DNA of 31,680 nucleotides, from the IMG/VR virus record IMGVR_UViG_3300002546_000070, positions 1 to 31,680 of that record, one strand, 5' to 3'. The notes under the pieces were generated by a model. The model saw only the letters and a list, made by a program, of their open reading frames with translations, searched no databases and was not told the origin of the DNA. Position numbers and translations under genes: made by a program. The DNA is from a virus. Lineage: Duplodnaviria > Caudoviricetes. Of this stretch, positions 17,472-25,766 are shown piece by piece. How positions within the stretch are numbered: position 1 is the stretch's first letter; each line of letters starts with the position of its first letter.

Positions 17472-18880
17472 GTTTGATCGTCACCCACAACGGCACCGAT
17501 ATCACCGCTGAGGTGAACGGACTGGAGATAAGCGACGAGCGAAACAGCACCCGCAACACCGCCCGCTTTATCATCGAGAAGCAACCAGGTGGCTTCACCC
17601 CACTCTTGAACGCTGAAATCATAATCACGCTCAACGGAGAGCGCATTTTTGGTGGCTCAATCCTTGCCCTGGAGACCAGTGTCGAAGCACCGCCAACGGT
17701 GAACTTCGACGTGGAGTGCGTCGATTTTAGCTACCAGCTCGACCGCAAGCTCGTGACAGAGCGCTATATCGGCTTCACGGCTGAGGAGATTATCGCTGAC
17801 TTAGCGACCACCTATGCCCCGACGTACACCGTCACCGGTGTGAACGCGCCGGTGGACATAAGTAGCATTGCCTTCAACCGGCTCACTCTTTCGGAGTGTC
17901 TCGACAAGCTGGCCAAGCTATCCAGCTATTTGTGGTATGTGGACTATTATAAAAACATCTACTTCTTCTCTCGTGAGAGCGACCCAGCTCCTTTCAATAT
18001 CAGCGATGACAGCGGAAACTATATTCCGTCCAGTCTGCGCATTAAGTCCGACCTCTCTCAGCTCCGCAACAAGGTATTCATCCAAGGAGCCGAACAGCCA
18101 GCAGACACAACCCGCACCACGCTTCATGCTGGCGACGGTGAAAAGACTGAGTTTCCGACCAACTTCAAATTCGACGAACTGCCAACCGTGACCGTGGACG
18201 GTGCAGTGCAAACGGTAGGGGTGGAGTACCTCGATGTGACCGGCTTTGACTGCTACTGGAGCCGTCAGGAGAAGTACGTCCGCTTCGACCCGACGAATAT
18301 CCCACCAGCCCCTACGTTACCGGACACCACCAACATCGCTCTCACCGGCTATCCGCTCGTGCCGGTAGTGGCTGAGGTTCCTGACAACGAGAGTATCGTT
18401 GAGTTCGGGGAGTTTGAACACTTTGTGAAGGAGACAACCCTCACCACCCAGGACGAGACCATCAGCCGAGGCATTGCCGAGCTGGAGGCATTTGCTGCCG
18501 AACTGACCGACGCCAGCTTCGACACATACACCGTGGGGCTTCGCACCGGCCAGCTCATCAACATCAACAGCGACATGCACGGAGTGGACGCTGATTATGT
18601 GGTCCAGAGCGTCAGATTCCGCCCGTATCCGAACGGAAGCGCCTTGGATGGCGTTTGGTCCGTCACGCTGGCTTCGACGGCTTCCTTGACGCTCACAGAG
18701 GCGCTGAAGAGCTTGCTGAAGAAGGAGGAACTCGCAGAGGATGAGATGCAAATCCTTCTCGCCTTCTACCGGTTTCGAGATCGAGGCGTGGGGACGGATG
18801 ACCTGGACGATGCGACCTTCACCACCGGTCCTTATCTTTGGGACACTGCTGAGTGGAACTTGGCGACGTGGGCTGCGTGA
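17468..18880 (+). CDS. Tail tip/baseplate hub-like protein
   Basis: Directly after TMP; IFGG, VECVDFSYQLDRKLV, WYVDYYK, LRNKVFIQG, LRTGQLI. Confidence 0.7.
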   Translation: MSLIVTHNGTDITAEVNGLEISDERNSTRNTARFIIEKQPGGFTPLLNAEIIITLNGERIFGGSILALETSVEAPPTVNFDVECVDFSYQLDRKLVTERYIGFTAEEIIADLATTYAPTYTVTGVNAPVDISSIAFNRLTLSECLDKLAKLSSYLWYVDYYKNIYFFSRESDPAPFNISDDSGNYIPSSLRIKSDLSQLRNKVFIQGAEQPADTTRTTLHAGDGEKTEFPTNFKFDELPTVTVDGAVQTVGVEYLDVTGFDCYWSRQEKYVRFDPTNIPPAPTLPDTTNIALTGYPLVPVVAEVPDNESIVEFGEFEHFVKETTLTTQDETISRGIAELEAFAAELTDASFDTYTVGLRTGQLININSDMHGVDADYVVQSVRFRPYPNGSALDGVWSVTLASTASLTLTEALKSLLKKEELAEDEMQILLAFYRFRDRGVGTDDLDDATFTTGPYLWDTAEWNLATWAA

Positions 18881-18892
18881 TATACTTTTGGT

Positions 18893-19651
18893 ATGTCATG
18901 GCAACCAGGAGAAACAATTTCACTCGCGGATTTTAGAGGCTTCATTCAACCTTACGCTGGCCTTTCTGCTCCGACAGGTTGGCTTCTTTGCGACGGAGCG
19001 GCTGTTTCTCGCACTACCTATGCAGATTTATTTACTCTCATCAGCACAAACTATGGCGTCGGTGATGGTTTAACCACTTTCAACGTACCGAATCTCAAAG
19101 GACGTTTCCCACTCGGCTACGCAGCAACAGCACCAACGAAAGTCTTCACGTTTGCTAGTCGTTCCACAGACACAATCACCATCACTGGAGCCGACAATCA
19201 CGCCCATAACGAACTCCAGACTGGCCAGGCAGTGCTATACGACACCACGTCGGGAGCGATTGGAGGACTCACAGACAACACGACGTATTACCTTATACGC
19301 GTTGCCTACAACCAATTTAAACTGGCAACTTCAATTGCAAATGCTAACGCCGGTACAGGAATAGTCCTCTCAAGTGACGGTTCAGGAGTCCAAACTTTTA
19401 CCGTCACCTATACCGCGCGCCCACTGGGACAGGGGGGTGGTGAAGAGACTCACGCTCTCACAGATGCCGAGATACCAAGCCACACTCATGATGTTCGAAC
19501 ATATGATGGAAACGCAGGCGCCACACAGTCTGTAGACACTGTGGGTGAGGCGTCTGTGGCGGTGTACTTTCCAACACAACCGGCCGGATCAGATTCTCCT
19601 CACAACAACATGCCACCATTTACGGCTATAAATTACATCATCAAGACCTAG
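18893..19651 (+). CDS. Tail fibre/collar-domain protein with an internal insert
   Basis: APTGWLLCDG..VSRTTYADLF..FNVPNLKGRFPLG collar motif; GGEETHALT..EIPSHTH; HNNMPPF..INYIIKT. Confidence 0.85.
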   Translation: MSWQPGETISLADFRGFIQPYAGLSAPTGWLLCDGAAVSRTTYADLFTLISTNYGVGDGLTTFNVPNLKGRFPLGYAATAPTKVFTFASRSTDTITITGADNHAHNELQTGQAVLYDTTSGAIGGLTDNTTYYLIRVAYNQFKLATSIANANAGTGIVLSSDGSGVQTFTVTYTARPLGQGGGEETHALTDAEIPSHTHDVRTYDGNAGATQSVDTVGEASVAVYFPTQPAGSDSPHNNMPPFTAINYIIKT

Positions 19652-19652
19652 T

Positions 19653-20102
19653 ATGGACTCACTCGGCATCGGCAAAGGCACCTTCCAAATCCTCTCCCTC
19701 GAAAACGGAAAGGTGGTTTGGCAGTCGCCAGTGATGGAGAACCTCATCCTCAACGCCTACTGGAACCTTTTAGTCCAGCACAACGCTGGAACAGCCACCA
19801 CACCTCTCGAAATCACATCCCTCGAAATAGGAACCGGCGATAACGCGGTAACCGCCGCCGACACCTCCCTTGAGACGCTCACCCTTGCAGGTGTTATCCC
19901 AGCCAAGGTCACACCCGCTGCCAAATCAATCGAGATTGAGTTCTTCATCACCGACGGCGAGCTGGCAGACGGCACGTACCGAGAGATTGGCCTTCGAGCT
20001 GATACCACTCTCATCACCAGGGCGCTCTTCACCACACCATATGTGAAAGCGACCGGACGAGATACGATTATCCGCTACACCGTCAGCTACGACGCGGGGT
20101 AG
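19653..20102 (+). CDS. Minor tail structural protein
   Basis: ENLI..IGTG...A.DTSL...EIGL pattern of tail-associated proteins. Confidence 0.6.
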   Translation: MDSLGIGKGTFQILSLENGKVVWQSPVMENLILNAYWNLLVQHNAGTATTPLEITSLEIGTGDNAVTAADTSLETLTLAGVIPAKVTPAAKSIEIEFFITDGELADGTYREIGLRADTTLITRALFTTPYVKATGRDTIIRYTVSYDAG

Positions 20103-20120
20103 TCTGATATACTTTTTTGT

Positions 20121-20381
20121 ATGGACCCAACACTACTAACCATTCTCCCAAATCTCAGCATTGGAGTTATCAGCGTTCTCTCACTTGTGTACGTGACTAT
20201 CAAGTTCACAGACACTCTCGACAAGCGCTCCGAACGCCATGAAGAAGCAATGCAGGAACGAGAGTTGGCATTGAGAGAAGTGGAGAAGGAGGTTCGCTCC
20301 AGTGTTTTGGAACAGCTCACCAAGAACACCCAAGCTATGAACGAAAGCACGAAGGCGCTGGAGCGCTTTATGAGCCGATAA
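20121..20381 (+). CDS. Putative holin (one TM plus coiled coil)
   Basis: N-terminal hydrophobic helix, charged C-terminus, precedes lysin. Confidence 0.55.
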   Translation: MDPTLLTILPNLSIGVISVLSLVYVTIKFTDTLDKRSERHEEAMQERELALREVEKEVRSSVLEQLTKNTQAMNESTKALERFMSR

Positions 20382-20392
20382 CTATTTTGCGT

Positions 20393-21412
20393 ATGCAACC
20401 AGAACAAAAAATCCTCATTATCACCACTGACCCGACAATGCCGAAGTGGCGTTCTAAGCGTCGCCTACTCGCCAAAGCCACTGACATCATCAACGAGATG
20501 ATTGGCGCAACCTTTTCAATCGACGTTGAGTACCGCGACATCGTTCCCCAGGTTTATAACGGACGCATCACCCGCGAATGGCTCAACAGCATCTCAGCTC
20601 CCGCCAAACAGGCCGGATACGCCTTTGTCGTTCTCCACATGAGCAAGGCACAGCGAACCAAGTGGAAGGTGCTACCGGAAGAGCGTGGTCTCGCCATCGA
20701 TGACACTGACCTCATCGGGGAAGCGTACTTTTGGGCAGACGAGAAGACTAAGACCAAGGAGCGCAAATACGTCCAATTCATCGAGACCTTTTGCCATGAA
20801 ATCCGGCACCTCGTCATAAACGGCATGGATAGGGAGGACGACACCCACGACATCCATCTCAAGACCGGCACGATGGAGGGGGCGTTCAAGGCGCTCGACT
20901 ATGCCGACTACAACCCAGCCCGCAAAAACCAGCTCACTCAAATCTCGATTCTCAAGCAGGTCATCCCAGCCTTCCTCAAGCTCATCGGCCTCAAGAAGCG
21001 CAAGACCCTGTACGCCGTGGCTGTCTCGTACCTTGGCCGTGACGCTTCGCCCTCAGACATCGCACCAGACGAGCTGGGTTGCGCTGAGAGCGTCTCTGTC
21101 ATCATCCGCGACGTTCTTCCTGACTTCCCCATCATCACTGGCACCTGGACGCTAAACGAGCGCCTCAAGAGCGACCCTCGCTTCAAGGCGGTAACGGTCC
21201 CGATGCCTGGCACCATCATCATCTCACCTACTGGAACCTCTTCGAGCAAGAAGGTCCCGAACGGTCACGTTGGCATCCTTGGTGGTGGCGATACGATCAT
21301 GTCGAACGACAGCAACGATGGATATTGGAAGGAGAACTACAACCTCGCGACGTGGAGTAAACGCTGGAGCAACGAGGGCTACAAGACGTTTATGTATCAA
21401 ATAATTCAATAG
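20393..21412 (+). CDS. Putative endolysin: N-terminal HExxH metallopeptidase-like domain plus C-terminal NlpC/CHAP-like domain
   Basis: FCHEIRH; LGCAESVS...GTIIISP...GHVGI...IMSNDS. Confidence 0.6.
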   Translation: MQPEQKILIITTDPTMPKWRSKRRLLAKATDIINEMIGATFSIDVEYRDIVPQVYNGRITREWLNSISAPAKQAGYAFVVLHMSKAQRTKWKVLPEERGLAIDDTDLIGEAYFWADEKTKTKERKYVQFIETFCHEIRHLVINGMDREDDTHDIHLKTGTMEGAFKALDYADYNPARKNQLTQISILKQVIPAFLKLIGLKKRKTLYAVAVSYLGRDASPSDIAPDELGCAESVSVIIRDVLPDFPIITGTWTLNERLKSDPRFKAVTVPMPGTIIISPTGTSSSKKVPNGHVGILGGGDTIMSNDSNDGYWKENYNLATWSKRWSNEGYKTFMYQIIQ

Positions 21413-21414
21413 AT

Positions 21415-21762
21415 ATGAAAAACCTCATCATAAAAGCGTGGCGCTTCCTTGTACTCTCATCAGCAGACCCAAAGCGCACCTCACTTACGGTCAAAGGCTT
21501 CGGCCTCATGTTCGCCACGGTGTACACCACTCAGCTACTCCCCACTCTCAAGGTGGTATGCGAGCTAGGGTATCTCTGTGACTTCGTTTCGCCATCGTTC
21601 CTCTACACACTCAACAACCTCATCGAGCTTGCTACGTCAATTGTGTACTATGCGCTCATGACGCTTTCAATCTTGCTGGCCTTCGTTGGTACGTTCCGCA
21701 AGGCACACCGAACCGTTGAAGGCACCAACCTCGCTTTACGCTCAGACGAAAGCATGGAATAA
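21415..21762 (+). CDS. Membrane protein, holin-like
   Basis: SSADP..SLTVKG motif, 2 predicted TM segments, follows lysin. Confidence 0.6.
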   Translation: MKNLIIKAWRFLVLSSADPKRTSLTVKGFGLMFATVYTTQLLPTLKVVCELGYLCDFVSPSFLYTLNNLIELATSIVYYALMTLSILLAFVGTFRKAHRTVEGTNLALRSDESME

Positions 21763-21830
21763 TAAAAGAGCGACCGCCTCAGTGGGAGCCGACACAGAGA
21801 CCTTGTGTGATTGCTACGTCTCATGAGTCG

Positions 21831-21859
21831 AAAAAAGCCCTTACTAGTGGGGCTTTTTT
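21831..21859. terminator. Bidirectional terminator ending the late/lysis module
   Basis: AAAAAAGCCC-TTACTAGTG-GGGCTTTTTT. Confidence 0.8.
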
Positions 21860-21877
21860 GTTGTCCACAGTCCCCCT

Positions 21878-21914
21878 ACTTGTGTATAATTTAATTGTAA
21901 GTATAATTGTAAGT
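21878..21914 (+). promoter_or_regulatory. Early-operon promoter/operator region
   Basis: TTGTGT-16 nt-TATAAT, second TATAAT at 21885, direct repeat TAATTGTAAGT at 21892 and 21904. Confidence 0.55.
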
Positions 21915-21954
21915 GTCACCCACAACGTGACCTTAGTAGCTAGCTTATGTAGCC

Positions 21955-22116
21955 ATGAGCATCAAACGAGATTTAGTGGAGATGGACGCTGAGCAATACA
22001 CTCCAGAGCCACCACGCATCACCGCAGTAGAGTTCCTACTCGCCCAGGTGCAAGAACTAAAAGACCTCATCAACAAACCCACTCATGAGTACCTCGACAT
22101 CAACCACGTCTGGTAG
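21955..22116 (+). CDS. 53-aa hypothetical protein
   Basis: First ORF after promoter (MSIKRDLVEMDAEQ...); not in ORF track. Confidence 0.5.
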   Translation: MSIKRDLVEMDAEQYTPEPPRITAVEFLLAQVQELKDLINKPTHEYLDINHVW

Positions 22117-22351
22117 CCTCGAAGCCCGCATTGCGGAGATACGAGCATACGACTGGAGCGACGAGGACAAGGAGCGAGCTATCAGCCTCGCCATCCTCAA
22201 CCATGAGACGTGGAGTTCCACCACTCGCGACGGCCAGCACAAAGTGACGGTGCTGACTGGTGGCGACGCGGACGGCAACCCACCGCGCCAGCCATACGAA
22301 GACGACATCAACAGTCGCATCGCCTGGCAGGACGCACAAGACCCATCTTAA
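22085..22351 (+). CDS. Hypothetical protein
   Basis: 88-aa ORF in the early gene run. Confidence 0.55.
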   Translation: MSTSTSTTSGSLEARIAEIRAYDWSDEDKERAISLAILNHETWSSTTRDGQHKVTVLTGGDADGNPPRQPYEDDINSRIAWQDAQDPS

Positions 22352-22377
22352 TAAAATCATTCACTACAATTTTTTCT

Positions 22378-22977
22378 ATGAGCAATCCCAACCCATTCGA
22401 CCCTCAGAGCGATTATCAAGCACCAAAGGGCGACAGCAAGTACCTCAAGTTCGAGAAGGGAGAGACAGAGTTTCTACCACTCCAATCGCCGGTCATCGGT
22501 TACCAGTACTGGAATATTGAGAACAAGCCAGTACGCCTCAAGGAGCAACCAGCCAACCCAGCACTCTTGCCCGGCATACGCGCTGAAGACGACGGACGCT
22601 TCAAAGTTTCGCACTTCTGGGCATTCCCCGTCATCGACGTTGCAGACGGAAAAGTGAAAATCCTCGAAATCACCCAGAAGGGTATCCAGGGCGACATCCG
22701 CGCCTACGCTCAGAACAAGAAGTGGGGCAACCCAGTGATGCGATACACCTTCACCATCAACCGCGAGGGCGACAAGCTCGACACCACTTACACCGTCATG
22801 GCCAACCCACTACCAGAGGTGCCAGCAGAGTGGGGCAAAGCGTGGGACGAAATCCGAGACTTCGGCTTCGACCTCAATGAACTCTTCGACAACGGTGACC
22901 CATTCGCGCCGAAGAACAAGCCAGTGGACCCAACTGAGCCAGTCTACGAAGCGGAAGAAGCTCAACCTGTTGACTAG
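22378..22977 (+). CDS. Putative phage single-stranded DNA-binding protein (gp32/gp2.5-like), 199 aa
   Basis: KYLKF, HFWAFPV, VKILEITQKGI, YTFTINREG..LDTTYTV, acidic C-tail; TACAAT 7 nt before ATG 22378. Confidence 0.6.
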   Translation: MSNPNPFDPQSDYQAPKGDSKYLKFEKGETEFLPLQSPVIGYQYWNIENKPVRLKEQPANPALLPGIRAEDDGRFKVSHFWAFPVIDVADGKVKILEITQKGIQGDIRAYAQNKKWGNPVMRYTFTINREGDKLDTTYTVMANPLPEVPAEWGKAWDEIRDFGFDLNELFDNGDPFAPKNKPVDPTEPVYEAEEAQPVD

Positions 22978-22980
22978 CCT

Positions 22981-23148
22981 ATGAGCAGAGCCGCCAAGCC
23001 TGTCACCAAGGCCCAGCGTACTCTCATCACCGACCACCTGAGTGACCCACGCATGGTCACTCAGAGGGACGTGATGACCAGGCTACGCATCAAAAACTAC
23101 AACACCTTTTATCAGCTCGTGTACAAAGTCGTACGCACCAATCAATAA
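22981..23148 (+). CDS. 55-aa basic protein, possible HTH
   Basis: MSRAAKPVTKAQR...QRDVMTRLRIKNYNTFYQLV; tightly packed. Confidence 0.55.
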   Translation: MSRAAKPVTKAQRTLITDHLSDPRMVTQRDVMTRLRIKNYNTFYQLVYKVVRTNQ

Positions 23149-23152
23149 CACC

Positions 23153-23299
23153 ATGACAGCATCAGAACTACGTCATCACGACATCATCACCCCAGCGCGC
23201 CGTCGCAAACCAGCGCGCAACCTTACCAACGATATAACCAACGGAGTACTCGCCTTTGCCATCGTGCTGATGGTGATAGGAGGGCTTCTCTGGGCATAG
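23153..23299 (+). CDS. 48-aa protein with C-terminal TM helix
   Basis: MTASELRHH...GVLAFAIVLMVIGGLLWA; tightly packed. Confidence 0.55.
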   Translation: MTASELRHHDIITPARRRKPARNLTNDITNGVLAFAIVLMVIGGLLWA

Positions 23300-23303
23300 A
23301 GGT

Positions 23304-23459
23304 ATGAAACACTTAATCTTCTTATCGCTCTGCTGGTTCATCGCTGGATACTGCATGTGCGCCATAGTGAACGAGGTTCCAGCCTATCCGCAATGCCTCA
23401 TCATCATCGGTATCTTCACAATGTCATGTCTGATTTTTGTAGCAGGCGAACGCTATTAA
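23304..23459 (+). CDS. 51-aa two-TM membrane peptide
   Basis: MKHLIFLSLCWFIAGYCMCAIV...LIIIGIFTMSCLIFVAGERY. Confidence 0.55.
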   Translation: MKHLIFLSLCWFIAGYCMCAIVNEVPAYPQCLIIIGIFTMSCLIFVAGERY

Positions 23460-23464
23460 CCCCC

Positions 23465-23611
23465 ATGTCCACCATCAAACCCCTCTACAAATGCGCTTGG
23501 TGCCGTCGAAAGATTGGCGACCCGAACCTCAAGGAGAAACGGCACTACTGTAGCGGGCGGTGCGAGGTGCTGCACACAACCATTATCAGAAACCGTAACC
23601 GCAATGTATGA
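23465..23611 (+). CDS. 48-aa zinc-finger protein
   Basis: CAWC...YCSGRC. Confidence 0.55.
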   Translation: MSTIKPLYKCAWCRRKIGDPNLKEKRHYCSGRCEVLHTTIIRNRNRNV

Positions 23612-23892
23612 CCGAACTTTCACTCAAAGACCGCATACTCAAGTACATCCGCAATCAGGCTGGCTTCGTAGCAAGCGGCGACGTGCAACGGCTCGTCACT
23701 GAAAAGACCAGCTACACCGCCCAGAACGCTGGACGACGTATGCGAGAGCTTGCCGAGGATGGCCTTCTCGAAGTCGAATACCGCAAGGGCCACGCCTTCT
23801 ATCGCGCCACCAGTCACCAGAAGACGGTGCGCCGATACGAGCTTGGTGACGATGGCGTCATGCGCGAGATTGTGGAGACGGTAACCGCCTAA
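23608..23892 (+). CDS. Winged-helix DNA-binding protein
   Basis: LKDRILKYI...ASGDVQRL...QNAGRRMRELAEDGLL. Confidence 0.7.
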   Translation: MTELSLKDRILKYIRNQAGFVASGDVQRLVTEKTSYTAQNAGRRMRELAEDGLLEVEYRKGHAFYRATSHQKTVRRYELGDDGVMREIVETVTA

Positions 23893-23896
23893 ACAC

Positions 23897-24115
23897 ATGA
23901 CACTCTTAGAAGACGCTAAGGCTCAGAACCGACGCAAAGCTGTAAAGCACACCATCACAGATGAGCATATTGAACTAGCTTTAGCTTGGGCCAACGAAGA
24001 AATCACCTTAACTGCCGTAACACGCTCGCTGAAGATTAGTAAAGATGCACATTATGTCACGTACGGAGTTCTCGCTCGCGCTTTAAAGGAATACATACTC
24101 CGTCAGTCTGTATGA
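23897..24115 (+). CDS. Small HTH-like protein
   Basis: TDEHIELALAWANEEITLTAVTRSL. Confidence 0.6.
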   Translation: MTLLEDAKAQNRRKAVKHTITDEHIELALAWANEEITLTAVTRSLKISKDAHYVTYGVLARALKEYILRQSV

Positions 24116-24396
24116 TACCGACCATCCTCACCGTCGCTATCGCTTGCTCCAACGCCAACTGGCAGCACAGCGAGCGGTGCATCGCTCCAGTCGATTACTT
24201 CGTGGTAGAGGAAACCGGCGAGAGCTGGGGCTTCCTCACAAGCGGGGTCCAGTTCACTCAGAGGAACGTCACTAACGAGCTAGGCGTGCGATTCCAGCGC
24301 TTCCAACTGGAGGATGCGTACTGGTTCGTGACCGACAAAGGCGTCATCGAAGCGACCACAGAGACCGAGGCACTATCAATCTATCTAACCAAATAA
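24112..24396 (+). CDS. Hypothetical, possibly exported protein
   Basis: Short hydrophobic N-terminus followed by Cys; ATGA overlap with previous gene. Confidence 0.6.
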   Translation: MIPTILTVAIACSNANWQHSERCIAPVDYFVVEETGESWGFLTSGVQFTQRNVTNELGVRFQRFQLEDAYWFVTDKGVIEATTETEALSIYLTK

Positions 24397-24401
24397 CCAC
24401 T

Positions 24402-24536
24402 ATGAAAATCATCAAACGTATCACCGCCATCATTGCATTCGCCTTCGGCGCACTCTTCATCCTCAACCCAGCAACCGATATCCAAGTCGGGTTTGGAATC
24501 ACACTCATCGCGCTTTCCATCCTCACTTTGGAGTAA
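24402..24536 (+). CDS. 44-aa two-TM membrane peptide
   Basis: MKIIKRITAIIAFAFGALFILNPATDIQVGFGITLIALSILTLE; not in ORF track. Confidence 0.6.
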   Translation: MKIIKRITAIIAFAFGALFILNPATDIQVGFGITLIALSILTLE

Positions 24537-24550
24537 GATATACTTACGTC

Positions 24551-24742
24551 ATGTCACTTCAAAAACACATGACGTATCATCGACACGACCCTGGCGGGCA
24601 TATCACGGTGGTCGAAATCAGGAACGACGCCGAGCTAAAGTACCATCAGAGCCTCGTGGAGAGAGGCTACAAGTACGAGTTCTTCCAGCTAAAGAGCAAC
24701 TCAGCGCCAGTCCCTCGAAAACCAGACGCCCAGCCAGAGTAA
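24551..24742 (+). CDS. 63-aa hypothetical protein
   Basis: TATACT 6 nt upstream; terminator directly downstream. Confidence 0.6.
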   Translation: MSLQKHMTYHRHDPGGHITVVEIRNDAELKYHQSLVERGYKYEFFQLKSNSAPVPRKPDAQPE

Positions 24743-24782
24743 GAGACCGCCCCACAAGGGCGGTTTTCTTTTGCGCTATAAT
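24741..24782 (+). terminator. Terminator followed by -10 box TATAAT (24777-24782)
   Basis: GAGACCGCCC-CACAA-GGGCGGTTTT followed by CTTTT. Confidence 0.75.
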
Positions 24783-24811
24783 AGCAAAGGAACAGCTCAC
24801 AGGAGGCTCTC

Positions 24812-24991
24812 ATGTATCAAGTCACATGCGAGACGTGCCTCGCCATCATGACCTACACCAAGCCACCCAGGCCAGACCATCGGTACTACTGCTCGCCTTA
24901 CTGCGGAAACCGAGACCGGATGTTTCGGCTCCTGACAGGCGACAGCAACCCGCTCACTTTGTTCTTAGATGAAAGGAGGAAGACCGAATGA
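24812..24991 (+). CDS. 59-aa zinc-finger protein (CETC...YCSPYC)
   Basis: SD AGGAGG 24801-24806; not in ORF track. Confidence 0.6.
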   Translation: MYQVTCETCLAIMTYTKPPRPDHRYYCSPYCGNRDRMFRLLTGDSNPLTLFLDERRKTE

Positions 24992-25117
24992 GACGTGACA
25001 CGCGCGTGATGACGCGACCGCCAGTACATTATCGACCGACCAGCAAATAGAGAGGGGGTGACGATCTTGGCACGCCGGAACAGACGGCGCTCACAACACC
25101 CAAACCCTATCCACTAC

Positions 25118-25144
25118 CCAGCCTCGCAATGAGGCTGGCTTTTT
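25118..25144 (+). terminator. Intrinsic terminator
   Basis: CCAGCCTC-GCAAT-GAGGCTGG followed by CTTTTT. Confidence 0.75.
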
Positions 25145-25158
25145 AGTACACTGAGAGA

Positions 25159-25230
25159 GCAAGCGAGGCTACCGCTTGCGTGTATATAACGATACGTTGG
25201 GTATAAGGCCGCGCGCGAACACGCGGCTTT
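25159..25230 (+). ncRNA. Candidate small RNA 1
   Basis: TACACT -10 at 25147-25152, 5' hairpin GCAAGCG/CGCTTGC, 3' hairpin AAGGCCGCG/CGCGGCTTT, no plausible ORF. Confidence 0.4.
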
Positions 25231-25245
25231 GTGCTATCATTTTAG

Positions 25246-25350
25246 TGGCAGTCCTGACACTGCCAAGCTACCCCAAAAGGTAAAGCTACTCATAATAAAA
25301 TTACATAACACTCCTTTTTCAACCGCCTCCCAAGGCGGTTGTCGTATTTT
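25246..25350 (+). ncRNA. Candidate small RNA 2 with anti-SD/anti-AUG tract
   Basis: TGCTATCAT 25232-25240, 5' hairpin TGGCAGT/ACTGCCA, unpaired TTACATAACACTCCTTTTTC, 3' hairpin CAACCGCCT/AGGCGGTTG. Confidence 0.45.
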
Positions 25351-25367
25351 CATGAGATACTGGTGGA

Positions 25368-25739
25368 GTGAAGTTCACCATCCCAATTCCAGAGAAGGTA
25401 TCGCTCAACAAGATTTACGCGGGCATCCACTTTCGACAGCGGCAAGGCCATAAAGAGGAATACCACATGGCTGTCATTTGCGCGCCAACAACAAAGCCGT
25501 GGCCTGGACCTTTCCCAGTCGCCATGCACTACCACTTCCGCTTGCAAGGCAGTCGCCTCGATATCAGCAACCACGCCTATATGCTCAAGATGGTGGAGGA
25601 CGGCCTGGTGACCGCAGGAGTGCTTCCAGGCGACGAACCGAAGTACGTGGCTGACATCCGTATCACCGCTGAGAAAATCGGCAAGGATGAGTTCGATACG
25701 GTTGAGGTGACGATATCCCCAGCTAGTCCACAGGAGTAA
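25368..25739 (+). CDS. RusA-like Holliday junction resolvase
   Basis: SLNKIY...H..R, LDISNHAYMLKMVEDGLVTAGVLPGD (RusA DxxN...K..D.L..AG...DD pattern). Confidence 0.7.
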   Translation: MKFTIPIPEKVSLNKIYAGIHFRQRQGHKEEYHMAVICAPTTKPWPGPFPVAMHYHFRLQGSRLDISNHAYMLKMVEDGLVTAGVLPGDEPKYVADIRITAEKIGKDEFDTVEVTISPASPQE

Positions 25740-25766
25740 CGGCTTGCTTGCTGGTATAATGCTTGA

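Noticed and set aside
21861-21869. DnaA-box-like TTGTCCACA as a replication origin
   Set aside because: A single imperfect copy; insufficient evidence
22210-22377. N-terminal extension of the 255-aa ORF
   Set aside because: It overlaps 22085-22351 and is not protein-like; ATG 22378 has a -10 box at the typical spacing
4592-22977. Stop-codon reassignment (TAG or TGA read-through), since many genes end in TAG
   Set aside because: Core genes are full length in the standard code and their stops abut the next gene or promoter; reading through TAG 4615 gives no upstream start
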